Part shown: piece after piece, positions 1-9,312 of the stretch
Layout: each line of letters starts with the position of its first letter
Position numbering within the stretch: position 1 is the stretch's first letter
DNA from: Spirochaetia bacterium
GTDB taxonomy: Bacteria; Spirochaetota; Spirochaetia; SZUA-6; Bin103
Reading direction: 5' to 3'
Assembly (NCBI GenBank): GCA_965203055.1
Contig: OZ241863.1
Location: 2,400,001-2,464,000 of the forward strand
DNA length: 64,000 bases
Translations under genes and position numbers: made by a program
The notes under the pieces: generated by a model
Databases searched by the model: none
What the model saw: the letters and a program-made list of their open reading frames with translations, nothing else
What the model was told of the DNA's origin: nothing

Positions 1-300
1 GTCGGCCACCAGCAGCGCCGCCCCGCGGCGGCGCGCCGCGGCCTCCAACTCGGCCGCGCGGCGCTGCCATTGCGCGGCCGCGATCAGCGCCGCGGCGGCG
101 CCGGCGGCAAGCGCGGCGGCCACGAAGTCGTGTCCGTCGACGCGGGCCCCGGGCAGAGCCACGAACAACGCGTGCGGGCGCGCGCAGCGGGAGTCCACCG
201 CCACCTGCCGGATCGGCTGCGCCGGCGCGGCGCGCGCCGCGCTGCGGTTCATCAGCCGGGCGCCGGCTACCCGGGCCAGCTCGGCGACGGTGAAGGTCAT
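1..300 (-). CDS. murF: UDP-N-acetylmuramoyl-tripeptide--D-Ala-D-Ala ligase, N-terminal part (runs off window start)
   Basis: Manual translation from ATG 300: MTFTVAELARVAGARL...IRQVAVDSR...LFVALPGARVDGHDFV, a Mur ligase N-terminal signature. ATGA overlap with the ftsL stop. murF rather than murE is inferred from gene order. Confidence 0.8.
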   Translation of the reverse strand, partial: MTFTVAELARVAGARLMNRSAARAAPAQPIRQVAVDSRCARPHALFVALPGARVDGHDFVAAALAAGAAAALIAAAQWQRRAAELEAAARRRGAALLVAD

Positions 301-656
301 CGGCTGCCGCCGCCGCCCGGCGATGGTTCCGGCAGGGGTTCCGGCACCGGTTCCGGCAGTGCGAACTGAACCGTCAGCCGGTGGCCGGAATCGATCCGCC
401 GCAGGCCGAGGTCGGCGGCCGCGGCCTTGATCCGGCGCGGCGAACGCAGCGCCACGATCGCGTCCATGGCCTGCTTGTTGCGCTCATGCCAGCGGCGCTG
501 TTCCTGCTCCAGCGTGTCCACCGCGTGCAGCAGGCGTTCATAGCGGTAGCCCTGCCAGGCGCCCAGGATCAACGCCGCGCCGAGCAGCGCCGCGGTCAGG
601 AACAGCAGCATCCGCCGCGCGGGCGTATCGACGTGAGCGGCAGAGACGCTAGCCAT
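297..656 (-). CDS. ftsL: Cell division protein FtsL-like (single TM + coiled coil)
   Basis: One TM segment, coiled coil, LRSPRRI motif; directly downstream of rsmH. Confidence 0.8.
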   Translation of the reverse strand: MASVSAAHVDTPARRMLLFLTAALLGAALILGAWQGYRYERLLHAVDTLEQEQRRWHERNKQAMDAIVALRSPRRIKAAAADLGLRRIDSGHRLTVQFALPEPVPEPLPEPSPGGGGSR

Positions 657-1575
657 GGCCGCCAACCTTGCGGGCTACTCGCAGCCGCGCGCTGCGCGCC
701 CGCGGATTGCGCGCCAACTCCTGCGGCGCAGGCCGGATCGGGCGCCGCGTGAGCACCTCGAGCGCAGCCGCTCCGGGCTCTGCCGCGTCGCCGCCGGCGG
801 CGGCGCGCAGGCGTTGCTTGACGATCCGGTCTTCCAGCGAGTGGAACGCAATGACGCCGAGGCGCCCGCCGGCCGCGAGCCGCCGGATGGCGAGCGCAAG
901 GCCCTGTTCCAGACGTTGCAACTCATCGTTCACCGCGATGCGCAGGGCCTGGAACGCGCGCGTGGCAGGATGGAGGCGGGCGTGCCGCTGCGCCCGAGGA
1001 TAGACGCGCCACACCACCTGCTCCAACTCGTCGCAGGTGCGGAAGGGACGCTCGGCGCGGCGCCGGGCGACGGCGCGCGCCAGTCGGCGGGCGTGGCGCT
1101 CCTCCCCATAGCGATGGAACAGATCCGCCAACACCGACTCCGGCTCCTCATTCAGAATATCGGCCGCGGTGCGCGCCAACTGTTCGGTAAGGCGCATGTC
1201 CAGCGGTTCGGCGCCGCGGAACGAAAAGCCGCGCCCGCTGCCGGAGAAGTGGTAGCTGGCCAGGCCCAGGTCGAGCAGCACCAGTTGGGCGCAGCCATGG
1301 CGGCGCGCCAGCACGTCCGCGAACCAGCCGTGCTCGAACTGCACGCGGGCGCCGAAGCGGCCGAGGTTGCGGCGCGCCCGCTCCAGCATGCGTTCGTCGG
1401 CGTCCACCGCCAGCAGGGCAAGCGACGGATAGCGGTCCAGAAACCGCTCCGCGTGCCCGCCGTCGCCGACCGTACCGTCGACCATCAGGCCGCCCGCCGG
1501 CGGAGCCGCCAGCCATTGCAGACACTCCTGCGCCAGCACCGGCTCATGTCGCGCTGCCTCCATCCGCACCGTCAC
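649..1575 (-). CDS. rsmH: 16S rRNA m4C1402 methyltransferase
   Basis: HEPVL, DGTVGDGGHA, LLDLG, PLDMRL, HPATRAFQALRIAVNDEL, FHSLEDRIVK, NPRARSARLR motifs. Confidence 0.97.
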   Translation of the reverse strand: MTVRMEAARHEPVLAQECLQWLAAPPAGGLMVDGTVGDGGHAERFLDRYPSLALLAVDADERMLERARRNLGRFGARVQFEHGWFADVLARRHGCAQLVLLDLGLASYHFSGSGRGFSFRGAEPLDMRLTEQLARTAADILNEEPESVLADLFHRYGEERHARRLARAVARRRAERPFRTCDELEQVVWRVYPRAQRHARLHPATRAFQALRIAVNDELQRLEQGLALAIRRLAAGGRLGVIAFHSLEDRIVKQRLRAAAGGDAAEPGAAALEVLTRRPIRPAPQELARNPRARSARLRVARKVGGHG

Positions 1576-1582
1576 GCCGCGC

Positions 1583-2026
1583 TCAGAGAATCATCTCGCC
1601 CAGGGTTGCCTCCATGGCTTCCTGGTAGTAGCCGCCGTCGGTTTGCTGCAGGTAGGTCTCGTAGGCGGCCATGTCCCAGAGCTCCATGTGCTTTCCCACC
1701 CCCAACATGATGCACTCCTTGCGCAGGCCGCCGGCCTGACGCAACGGCTGCGGAATCGCGATCCGCCCGGTGCGGTCGATCTCCAGTTCCTGCGCCGGCG
1801 CCACGAGGCGCCGCAGGACCACCCGCCCTTGGGGTTGGAACGGCGATATGGTGGCTTGCAGCCGTTCCCTGATCTGCTTCCATTCCTCGGCGGGAAACAG
1901 CCATAGACAATCGTCCGCGCCGCGCGTCAATGTGACGTTGCTGCCGTCCAGCATGGCGCGCACCTTGGCCGGCACCATCAGGCGCCCTTTGTCATCAAGG
2001 TTCGGGTGGTACTCGCCGTACAACAT
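1583..2026 (-). CDS. mraZ: Division/cell wall cluster transcriptional repressor MraZ
   Basis: Start at ATG 2026 (MLYGEYHPNLDDKGRLMVP); second repeat DRTGRIAIP; upstream of rsmH. Confidence 0.95.
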   Translation of the reverse strand: MLYGEYHPNLDDKGRLMVPAKVRAMLDGSNVTLTRGADDCLWLFPAEEWKQIRERLQATISPFQPQGRVVLRRLVAPAQELEIDRTGRIAIPQPLRQAGGLRKECIMLGVGKHMELWDMAAYETYLQQTDGGYYQEAMEATLGEMIL

Positions 2027-2053
2027 CTTCGTTCTTGCCGCCTGGGCTGCTGG

Positions 2054-2093
2054 TGCACTTTCTACCACAGCTCCCCACCTGGCGGTGGCCCAC
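2054..2093 (-). promoter_or_regulatory. MraZ-binding GTGGG-like direct repeats
   Basis: Minus-strand GTGGG (2089-2093), GTGGG (2074-2078), GTGGT (2064-2068), GTGCA (2054-2058); the last three are at 10-bp period upstream of mraZ, matching known MraZ operators. Confidence 0.65.
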
Positions 2094-2251
2094 CATAGCA
2101 CCGGCCCCGCGCACACCGTCAACCACTCCGCCAGCGCCGACCGGCAGGATTTTTCATGCGTGCTCGGCAACTACTCAACTTTTGTGTAGTATTGGCGCGC
2201 GGTCGCCCGCCGGCTTATGGTGGGGCTACCTCCTCCGAGATTGGAGTTGCG

Positions 2252-2566
2252 TTGTACCGGGTACATTTCAAGTGGAAGGGAAAGGAAGTGCAGCTCTCTG
2301 CCAAGAGGCTTGACCTGACCCATCCTTATTTCGTCTCCATCAAAGACATTGTATTTGAGCGGGACCAGCAGATCATCATCAACCCCACGGCCGAGGACGT
2401 GCGCCGCACCTTCGGCAGCGCCGAGCATCTGATGATTCCGTTTCAAACGGTGTCGTTGATCGAAGAGTTCCCGGAATCGGCGGCAAGCCGGATTCGGCCC
2501 TTCACCCTGGTAGACGAAACGGACGACGAGGCCGACCTCGACAGCGACGACTCCTCGCCGCCGTAG
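2252..2566 (+). CDS. DUF1820-family protein
   Basis: TTG start after GGAG; YRVHF...IIINPTAEDVRRTF...LMIPFQTVSLIEE pattern. Confidence 0.7.
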   Translation: MYRVHFKWKGKEVQLSAKRLDLTHPYFVSIKDIVFERDQQIIINPTAEDVRRTFGSAEHLMIPFQTVSLIEEFPESAASRIRPFTLVDETDDEADLDSDDSSPP

Positions 2567-2586
2567 CCGCCGCGGCCGGGCGGCGG

Positions 2587-4269
2587 TTACCCGCGGCGGG
2601 CGAGCAGCTCGGCGGCGTGGCGCAACGACACCTCGACCGAGTCATCGCCGGACAGCATGCGCGCCACCTCCGCCACTCGCCGGCGGCCGCTCACCGCGGC
2701 CACCGCGGTCACGGTGCGGCCCTCCCGTTCCTGCTTGAATACCCGCAGGTGAGTAGCGGCCCGCACCGCCACGGTGGCGAGGTGGGTAATGCACAGGAGT
2801 TGCCGGCGCTGCGCCAGCCGCGCCAGCTTGTCTCCCACCGCGGCGGCGACCGCGCCGCCGATGCCGGCGTCCACCTCGTCGAACACCAGGGTTGCGACCG
2901 GGTCGCCGTCGGCGAACACCGACTTGAGGGCCAGCATGACCCGGGACAGCTCGCCGCCGGAAGCGGTGGAGCGCAGCGGCTTCAGCGGTTCGCCGGCGTT
3001 GGCGGCGATGAGGAAGGCGACGCTCTCCGCGCCGCCGGCGGTGATGGCCGGCGCCCCCTGTTCGGTGCGCGGCCGCAGCGCCGCGGCGAAGCGCGCCTGC
3101 GGCATGCCCAGATCGGCAAGGGCGGCCTGCACCGCCTCGCGCAGGCGGCCGGCCGCGCGGCGCCGCTGCTCGCTGAGCCGCGCCGCGCACCGGGCCAGCC
3201 CGGCGCTGCGCCGCTCCACCTCCCGCGCCGCGCCGGCGGCGGTTTCGCGGGCGCGCTCCAGGCGCTCCAGCTCCGCCTGCGCCCGGTCGCCGTGGGCCAG
3301 CACCGCGGCCACCGAGTCACCGTACTTGCGCTGCAACCCGCGGATCAGCTCCAGCCGTTCGCCGACCGCGGCAAGGCGTCCGGCGTCGTAATGCAAGCTG
3401 TTCCAGTAGCGGCGCACGCCCTCGGCGGCATCCTCCAACTCGTAGAACGAGGTCTCGACCTGTTGCCGGCAGCCGTCGAAGCTGGCGTCCAGGGCAGCCA
3501 GCTCCTGCAGGTCCTCCAGCACCCCGCGCAACGTGGCCACCACGCCGCCGCGCGCCTCCGCGGTGCGCTCGTAGACCTGACGGGCGGTGGTCGAGATGCG
3601 TTCGAACGCCGCCAGGCGGCGCTGCTCCCGTTCCAGGTCCTGTTCCTCGGCGGGTTGCAGGTGAGCGGCGGCGATCTCCTGCGCGGCATGGCGCAACAAC
3701 TCGACCTGGCGGCCGCGGTCCGCGGCGCCCTGCTCCAGGTCTCGCAGGCGCGCCCGGGCGGCGGCCAGCGCGGCATGCGCCGCGGCCACTTCGCGGGCCA
3801 GCGGGCGCTGGCCCGCGAAGTGGTCCAGCAGCCGGCGCTGCTGATCTTCGCGCAGCAGGGACTGGTGCTCATGCTGCCCGTGCAGGTCGAACAACCACTG
3901 CCCCAGGGCCGCGAGCTGCGCGGTCTGCACCGGCACCGCGCCGATGAAGCCGGAGGAGCGGCCGTTGCGGCGGACGACCCGGCGCAGGATGACGCGCTCC
4001 TCCTCGACCGGCAGCTCGCGTTCCTCCAACCAGGCGCGAACCTCGGCCGGGGCGCGGCTCAGGCACACCACGGCGCTCACCTCGGCGCTGGCGGCGCCGC
4101 TGCGGATGTCGGCGGTCGACGCGCGGCTGCCGAGCAGCAGTCCGAGCGCGCCGATGATGATCGACTTGCCGGCTCCGGTCTCGCCGCTGAGGACGTTGAG
4201 CTGCGGCCCGAAGCTCACCTCCAGGCGGTCGATGAGGGCGTAGTCACGCACCGCCAGCGACTCAAGCAC
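2587..4269 (-). CDS. recN: DNA repair protein RecN
   Basis: GETGAGKS Walker A, HGQHEHQSL, ASGGELSRVMLALK, FDEVDAGIGG, CITHL. Confidence 0.97.
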   Translation of the reverse strand: MLESLAVRDYALIDRLEVSFGPQLNVLSGETGAGKSIIIGALGLLLGSRASTADIRSGAASAEVSAVVCLSRAPAEVRAWLEERELPVEEERVILRRVVRRNGRSSGFIGAVPVQTAQLAALGQWLFDLHGQHEHQSLLREDQQRRLLDHFAGQRPLAREVAAAHAALAAARARLRDLEQGAADRGRQVELLRHAAQEIAAAHLQPAEEQDLEREQRRLAAFERISTTARQVYERTAEARGGVVATLRGVLEDLQELAALDASFDGCRQQVETSFYELEDAAEGVRRYWNSLHYDAGRLAAVGERLELIRGLQRKYGDSVAAVLAHGDRAQAELERLERARETAAGAAREVERRSAGLARCAARLSEQRRRAAGRLREAVQAALADLGMPQARFAAALRPRTEQGAPAITAGGAESVAFLIAANAGEPLKPLRSTASGGELSRVMLALKSVFADGDPVATLVFDEVDAGIGGAVAAAVGDKLARLAQRRQLLCITHLATVAVRAATHLRVFKQEREGRTVTAVAAVSGRRRVAEVARMLSGDDSVEVSLRHAAELLARRG

Positions 4270-5170
4270 GCGGCTCTCCCGCCCAGTCCAGCTTGGAGCG
4301 CAGCACTTGGTAGAAGTTGCGCTCCCCCGAGCGGATGATGTGGGTCCGGTGGACCGACCGGGAGAGGGCCACGCGGTCGCCCGGCTGCAGCAGCACCACC
4401 TCCACGCCGTCCACCGTAAGGCTGATTTCGGTGCGCTGCCCCGGCTCCACCTCCACCAGCACCGGTTCGTCGGCCGGTACCAGCAGCGGCCGATTGGCCA
4501 ACGTGAAGGGACAGATGGGGGTGATCACGAACGCCGCCATCTCCGGGTGCAGAATCGGGCCGCCGGCGGCCATGGAGTAGGCGGTGGAGCCGGTCGGGGT
4601 AGCGAAGATCATGCCGTCGGCGCGGTAGTTGGCTACCCAGGTGCCGGCCAGGCGCACCCGCAGGCGGGCGATTCTGGAGCGTCCGTAGGCGGCGATGACG
4701 GCATCGTTGAGGCCGTCGAGGTTGGCCACTTCGGCGCCGGAGCGCGTGACGCGGGCGTTTACCATGAGCCGCGTACTCAACGTCCGTTCGCCGGCGGCGT
4801 AGGCCACGTACGCCTGGCGCCACTCATCGGCCGAGATCTCGGTGATGAAGCCCACGGTACCGAGATTGACCGGCAGGATCGGGATGTCGCTGCCGGCCAG
4901 CAGGCGCGCGCATTGCAGGAGCGTGCCGTCGCCGCCCAGGGAAACCGCCAGATCGATGGGAGCGGGGAGCGCCGGCGGGGAATCCGCGGCGTTGGTGATT
5001 TCGGCCTCCACCACCGCCACCCGCTGCCGGCGGAAGAAGTCGCGCACGCCGGCGATCACCTCCGGGCCGGCGCGGGCGCGGTTCAACAGCACGAAGGCGC
5101 GGCGGATGGTCCGCCGCGCCTTCTCCTCTGCCGGGCTGGTTCCCGCTGCTATGCGCGCTCCGACTCGCAT
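4262..5170 (-). CDS. nadK: NAD(+) kinase
   Basis: GGDGT, NLGTVGF, LND, ADGMIFATPTGSTAYSMAAGGP; coupled to recN. Confidence 0.95.
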   Translation of the reverse strand: MRVGARIAAGTSPAEEKARRTIRRAFVLLNRARAGPEVIAGVRDFFRRQRVAVVEAEITNAADSPPALPAPIDLAVSLGGDGTLLQCARLLAGSDIPILPVNLGTVGFITEISADEWRQAYVAYAAGERTLSTRLMVNARVTRSGAEVANLDGLNDAVIAAYGRSRIARLRVRLAGTWVANYRADGMIFATPTGSTAYSMAAGGPILHPEMAAFVITPICPFTLANRPLLVPADEPVLVEVEPGQRTEISLTVDGVEVVLLQPGDRVALSRSVHRTHIIRSGERNFYQVLRSKLDWAGEPRA

Positions 5171-5267
5171 TCGAGAGGCCTCCAGTATAGCCTCGGGCCG
5201 CGCCGCGGCGCCACCGGCCGGGCGCGGCAGCGATTACGGCAAGGCAGCGGCTACGGCCACGCAGCGG

Positions 5268-6374
5268 CTACGGCAACGTGGCCAGCACCTTGGCGATCCG
5301 GTTGGCGGCGCCGTCGGTGAGGGCCGGGTAGAGGGGGAACAGCAGGCAGCGCCGCGCCAATTCCCGGGCGCCGTCGAGGCCGGGGAGGTGGTCCGCCGGC
5401 GGCGGCGCGGCGCCGTTGGCGGCGGCGGGCGCCGCCACGCGGGTCAGGGCGCAGTCGTCACCGGCGAGCCGGGTTTCGACCCGGTGGCGCGCGGCATAGC
5501 GCCGCACCGCAAGCATGCCGTCCGCCACCAGCACCGGAAACAGGTGGCCGGGCGCCGCCGCCTCGGGCAGCGTCCGGTGCCGGCCGCGGGCCAGGGCGGC
5601 GCGAAACCGGGCCGCCAGTTCGGCGCACCGCGCGCGGCTGGCAGCGCGCTCCTGCCACTGCGCCAGCGCCAGGGCGGCATTCACGTCGGACAGCTCCTCG
5701 CCGCCGCGGTCACGCGGATAGGCATCCAGCAGGCGCCGGTCACGGCGCGCGCGCGCCAGAACCAGGCCGCCGCTCCCGGCAGCCAGCGCGGCGTGCGCCC
5801 CCAGACCGACCACGACCACCGCGCCGGCCGGTCCGGCCGAGGGCTCCGCGGCCTCCGCCTCGGGCGCGGCCAATCCCGGCAGCGCCGCGGTGAGGTCCTC
5901 CACCAGGGGCAACCCCAGTTCCCGCAGAGCGCCCGCGCCGCCCGGCTGCCCGACGCCGCGGCAGACCACCGCGGCCTGCGGCCGGTAGGCCGTCAGGCGC
6001 TGCAGCGCGGCGCGCGACAGGGCGCCCGACTCGGGATCGACGTCGATCAACAGCGGCACCAGTCCCAGCCGCTCCGCGGCCTGCACGTACGCCAGCGGCG
6101 CCAGCGCCGGCACCAATACATGGCCCGACCCGGCGCCGGCCGTGACCGCATGCAGCGCCGCTCCGAGCGCCGCTCCGTAGTCGGCGAGCGCTACCCCGCC
6201 CGCAAGCCGCAGCGCCGCGGCCACTTCCCGCGCCAGCCGGCGCGCCAAGGTCCCGGGGCCGATCTCCTCGGACACCAGACACTCCAGGACGGCGTGCATC
6301 TGGCGGCGCCGAATGGTAGGGCGGAACAGCGGGATCTTCGCTGCCGGCGCCTGGTTGGCTGCGGCGCGGGCCAT
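5268..6374 (-). CDS. DegT/DnrJ/EryC1/StrS-like protein, degenerate active site
   Basis: IPLFRPTI, LIDVDP, LPLVED, LLFPLYPAL fold motifs; the expected PLP-binding Lys is absent. Confidence 0.75.
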   Translation of the reverse strand: MARAAANQAPAAKIPLFRPTIRRRQMHAVLECLVSEEIGPGTLARRLAREVAAALRLAGGVALADYGAALGAALHAVTAGAGSGHVLVPALAPLAYVQAAERLGLVPLLIDVDPESGALSRAALQRLTAYRPQAAVVCRGVGQPGGAGALRELGLPLVEDLTAALPGLAAPEAEAAEPSAGPAGAVVVVGLGAHAALAAGSGGLVLARARRDRRLLDAYPRDRGGEELSDVNAALALAQWQERAASRARCAELAARFRAALARGRHRTLPEAAAPGHLFPVLVADGMLAVRRYAARHRVETRLAGDDCALTRVAAPAAANGAAPPPADHLPGLDGARELARRCLLFPLYPALTDGAANRIAKVLATLP

Positions 6375-6378
6375 CGTT

Positions 6379-7053
6379 TCAGACCTGCGCCGGCGCGGCC
6401 GGATCGACGCCGCCGCGCACCAGCGGCACGAAGCGGCATGCCACTCCAGTGGTGGCGGTAAAGCGCGCGCCGCGGCGCTGCAGCACCAGCAGGCGCTGCA
6501 CCTGATCGTCGGCTCCCACCGGCATCACCAGAATGCCGTTGTCCGCCAACTGCGAGCGCAACGCCGCCGGCACCGCCGGAGACGCCGCCGCGACCAGGAT
6601 GCGCTCGAACGGGCCGGCGTCGCGCCACCCCGCCGCGCCGTCGCCGACGCGGGCGCGCAGGTTGCCGTAGCCGAGCTGCCGCAACACGGCCAGCGCCCGC
6701 TGCAACAGCGCGCCGACCCGCTCGATGGTGTACAGCTCGCCGGCCAACTGCGCCAGCACCGCGGTCTGGTAGCCGCTGCCGCTGCCTATCTCCAGCACGC
6801 GCTCGGCGCCGCGCAACTGCAGCAGCTCGCTCATCAGCGCGACCATGTAGGGCTGCGACATGGTTTGCCCGTGGCCAATGCCAACCGGCGCATCGAGGTA
6901 GCAGGAAGCGGGATCGGATTCGGGGGCAAACCGGTGGCGCGGCAGCGTGCGCATGGCTTGCAGCACCCGCGGGTCGCCGATGCCGCGCGCCACGAGCTGG
7001 CGCCGCACCATCCGGTCGGCGAGGCGCCGCCAGGCCGGGTCAGCGGACTCCAC
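6379..7053 (-). CDS. pcm: Protein-L-isoaspartate O-methyltransferase
   Basis: GQTMSQPYMVALM, VLEIGSGSGYQTAVLA, CRFVPLV. Confidence 0.95.
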   Translation of the reverse strand: MESADPAWRRLADRMVRRQLVARGIGDPRVLQAMRTLPRHRFAPESDPASCYLDAPVGIGHGQTMSQPYMVALMSELLQLRGAERVLEIGSGSGYQTAVLAQLAGELYTIERVGALLQRALAVLRQLGYGNLRARVGDGAAGWRDAGPFERILVAAASPAVPAALRSQLADNGILVMPVGADDQVQRLLVLQRRGARFTATTGVACRFVPLVRGGVDPAAPAQV

Positions 7054-7095
7054 GGTTGCGCCGGGGGTGCGGCGGGCGGCGCCGCCGCAGCCGCC

Positions 7096-7299
7096 CTAAT
7101 TTCCGCCGGCGGCTGCCTGGTGGGCTCCGTTGCGCTCGCGCGCGTCCTTGGCGTGGAGCTTCGACAACTTGTAGTTCTTGAGCAGCATCCGTATGGCGTC
7201 GTTCACGGCCTCCGAGCGATCGTGATAGAACCCCTGCTGAATCATCTCGTCGAGTTCCTCCAGCAGATATTCCGACGTCTCTACGTAAGCTTTCGACAC
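7096..7299 (-). CDS. Small ribbon-helix-helix protein
   Basis: LLEELDEMIQQGFYHDRSEAVNDAIRMLL; strong RBS before GTG. Confidence 0.75.
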   Translation of the reverse strand: MSKAYVETSEYLLEELDEMIQQGFYHDRSEAVNDAIRMLLKNYKLSKLHAKDARERNGAHQAAAGGN

Positions 7300-7357
7300 T
7301 TGGCCCCCTCCTCGCCGACATGCAATGCAAATCTCTGCCCGGGGCCGCGTCCCGGAA

Positions 7358-7431
7358 TGGGCCTGGCTAGAATTGAACTAGCGACCTCACGCTTATCAGG
7401 CGTGCGCTCTGACCAACTGAGCTACAGGCCC
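7358..7431 (-). tRNA. tRNA-Ile(GAT), CCA not encoded
   Basis: GGGCCTGTAGCTCAGTTGGTCAGAGCGCACGCCTGATAAGCGTGAGGTCGCTAGTTCAATTCTAGCCAGGCCCA; full cloverleaf, anticodon GAT. Confidence 0.97.
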
Positions 7432-7538
7432 GGTGAACCGGGAGGCGGATCCTCCCTGCAAACTCCGAGCGAACGCGGGCCCCGGCTTCAGGGGCCATGA
7501 TGGCGGCCGGGGCCGCTCCTGTCAACGCCGCCGGCGGG

Positions 7539-7895
7539 TCACCGTGAATCGACCTCGTCGGAGGCGGACGCCTCGTCCTTGCCGCGCAGGTGGGCCAGCG
7601 CGCTCTCCTTCTCGTGGATGCGCCGCTCGACGTCGGCCAGTTCGGCCACCAGTTCCTTTACCCCGACGGTGTGCTTCGACACCGTATGCTGGCCGCGCAC
7701 GTTGAACGCGTCGTACACCTCGTGCCCGAGCTGCGACAGCAGCTTCATCGACTGCCGCTCCAACTGCATGATGTCGAACTTGAGCACCCCCATCTCGCTG
7801 AGGTCCTTGGCGCCGATGCGCGCCTTGTCCAGCACCCCGCGAGAGGCGTCGAGCCCCTGCTCCACCGCCCGTTCGATTCGATTCCACAGCGTCAT
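7539..7895 (-). CDS. Hypothetical coiled-coil protein
   Basis: 118 aa, typical codon bias, RBS GAAGGAG. Confidence 0.7.
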   Translation of the reverse strand: MTLWNRIERAVEQGLDASRGVLDKARIGAKDLSEMGVLKFDIMQLERQSMKLLSQLGHEVYDAFNVRGQHTVSKHTVGVKELVAELADVERRIHEKESALAHLRGKDEASASDEVDSR

Positions 7896-8055
7896 GGAAA
7901 CTCCTTCCCGCCGGCGTCGCGCAGCGGCCAGCCGCGCTCAATGTAGCGCCGCGTCCGGGCGCCGGCAACCGGGCGGCTCAGGCGAACCCGGCGGACCTGT
8001 TGCCGGCCGGTTTGCATAATGCCGGCGGCGCCACGTATAGTGTGCTCACCATCAA

Positions 8056-9312
8056 GTGACAGCACATAAAGTTCGAGATCTCGCGCTGGCGGAGCAGGGC
8101 GCCCTCAAGATGCGCTGGGCGCAGTCGCGCATGCCGGTACTGGCCTATCTGCAGCGCCAGTACGAAGACAGTAAACCGCTTGCCGGACAACGCATCGCCG
8201 GCTGCCTGCACGTCACCAAGGAGACCGGGGTGCTGATCCGGGCCTTGCGCGCCGCGGGAGCGGAAGTGGCGTGGAGCGGCTGCAACCCGCTCTCCACCCA
8301 GGACGACGTGGCCGCGGCGCTGGCGGCCGAGGACACCAGCATCTTCGCGTGGCAGGGCTTGTCGGTGGACGAGTTCTACTGGTGCATCGACGCCACCCTG
8401 AAGATCCGGCCCACGCTGACCCTGGATGACGGCGCTGACCTGATCTTCCGCGTCCACGCGCGCCATCCGCAACTGGCCGCGGAGATCCTGGGCGGCACCG
8501 AAGAGACCACGACCGGCGTCCACCGGCTGCAGGCCATGGCCGCGGCCGGCAAGCTGCGCTATCCGGTGATGGCGGTCAACAACGCCCAGACCAAGTGGGA
8601 CTTCGACAACGTGTACGGCACCGGCCAGTCGGCCCTGGACGGGGTGCTGCGCGCCACCTCGATCCTGCTGGCCGGCAAGACCCTGGTGGTGGCGGGTTTC
8701 GGCCACTGCGGGCGCGGTACGGCGCTGCGGGCGCACGGCATGGGCGCCCAGGTGATCGTTACCGAGGTCGATCCCATCGCCGCGCTCAAGGCGACCCTGG
8801 AGGGCTTTCCGGTACTGCCGATGGAGCAGGCGGCGGCCGTCGGCGACGTCTTCATCACCACGACGGGAATGAAGGACGTAATCACCGGGCCTCACTTCGA
8901 GGCCATGAAGGATGGCGCCGTGGTGTGCAACGCCGGTCACTACGACTGCGAGGTAAACCTCGCGGACCTGCGGGCGCTGAGCGCGGAGCCGGTCGAAATC
9001 CGCGCCCACAATGAGGAGTACGTCCTCGCCGGGGGGCGCCGAATCTACCTCCTGGCGCAGGGACGGCTGGTGAACCTGGCCGCGGCCGAAGGGCATCCCT
9101 CCGAAGTGATGGACATGTCGTTCGCCAACCAGTTCCTGAGCCTGGTCGCCCTGGCGCAGGATGGCGGCGCCCGCGCCAACGAGGTATATCCGATAGCCGA
9201 GGAACAGGATCGCCGCATCGCGGAGATCAAGCTGGTCACCATGGGCATCGCCATCGACCGCCTGACGCCGGAGCAGCAGGCGTACCGGGACGATTATTCG
9301 CAGGGCACCTGA
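8056..9312 (+). CDS. ahcY: S-adenosylhomocysteine hydrolase
   Basis: CLHVTKET, CNPLSTQD, DDGADL, EETTTG, FDNVYGTGQS, GRLVNLAAAEGHPSEVMDMSF. Confidence 0.97.
   Translation: MTAHKVRDLALAEQGALKMRWAQSRMPVLAYLQRQYEDSKPLAGQRIAGCLHVTKETGVLIRALRAAGAEVAWSGCNPLSTQDDVAAALAAEDTSIFAWQGLSVDEFYWCIDATLKIRPTLTLDDGADLIFRVHARHPQLAAEILGGTEETTTGVHRLQAMAAAGKLRYPVMAVNNAQTKWDFDNVYGTGQSALDGVLRATSILLAGKTLVVAGFGHCGRGTALRAHGMGAQVIVTEVDPIAALKATLEGFPVLPMEQAAAVGDVFITTTGMKDVITGPHFEAMKDGAVVCNAGHYDCEVNLADLRALSAEPVEIRAHNEEYVLAGGRRIYLLAQGRLVNLAAAEGHPSEVMDMSFANQFLSLVALAQDGGARANEVYPIAEEQDRRIAEIKLVTMGIAIDRLTPEQQAYRDDYSQGT

Noticed and set aside
7358..7431. tRNA-Ile as an integration site
   Set aside because: No integrase and no duplicated tRNA 3' end seen in the window; flanks are housekeeping.
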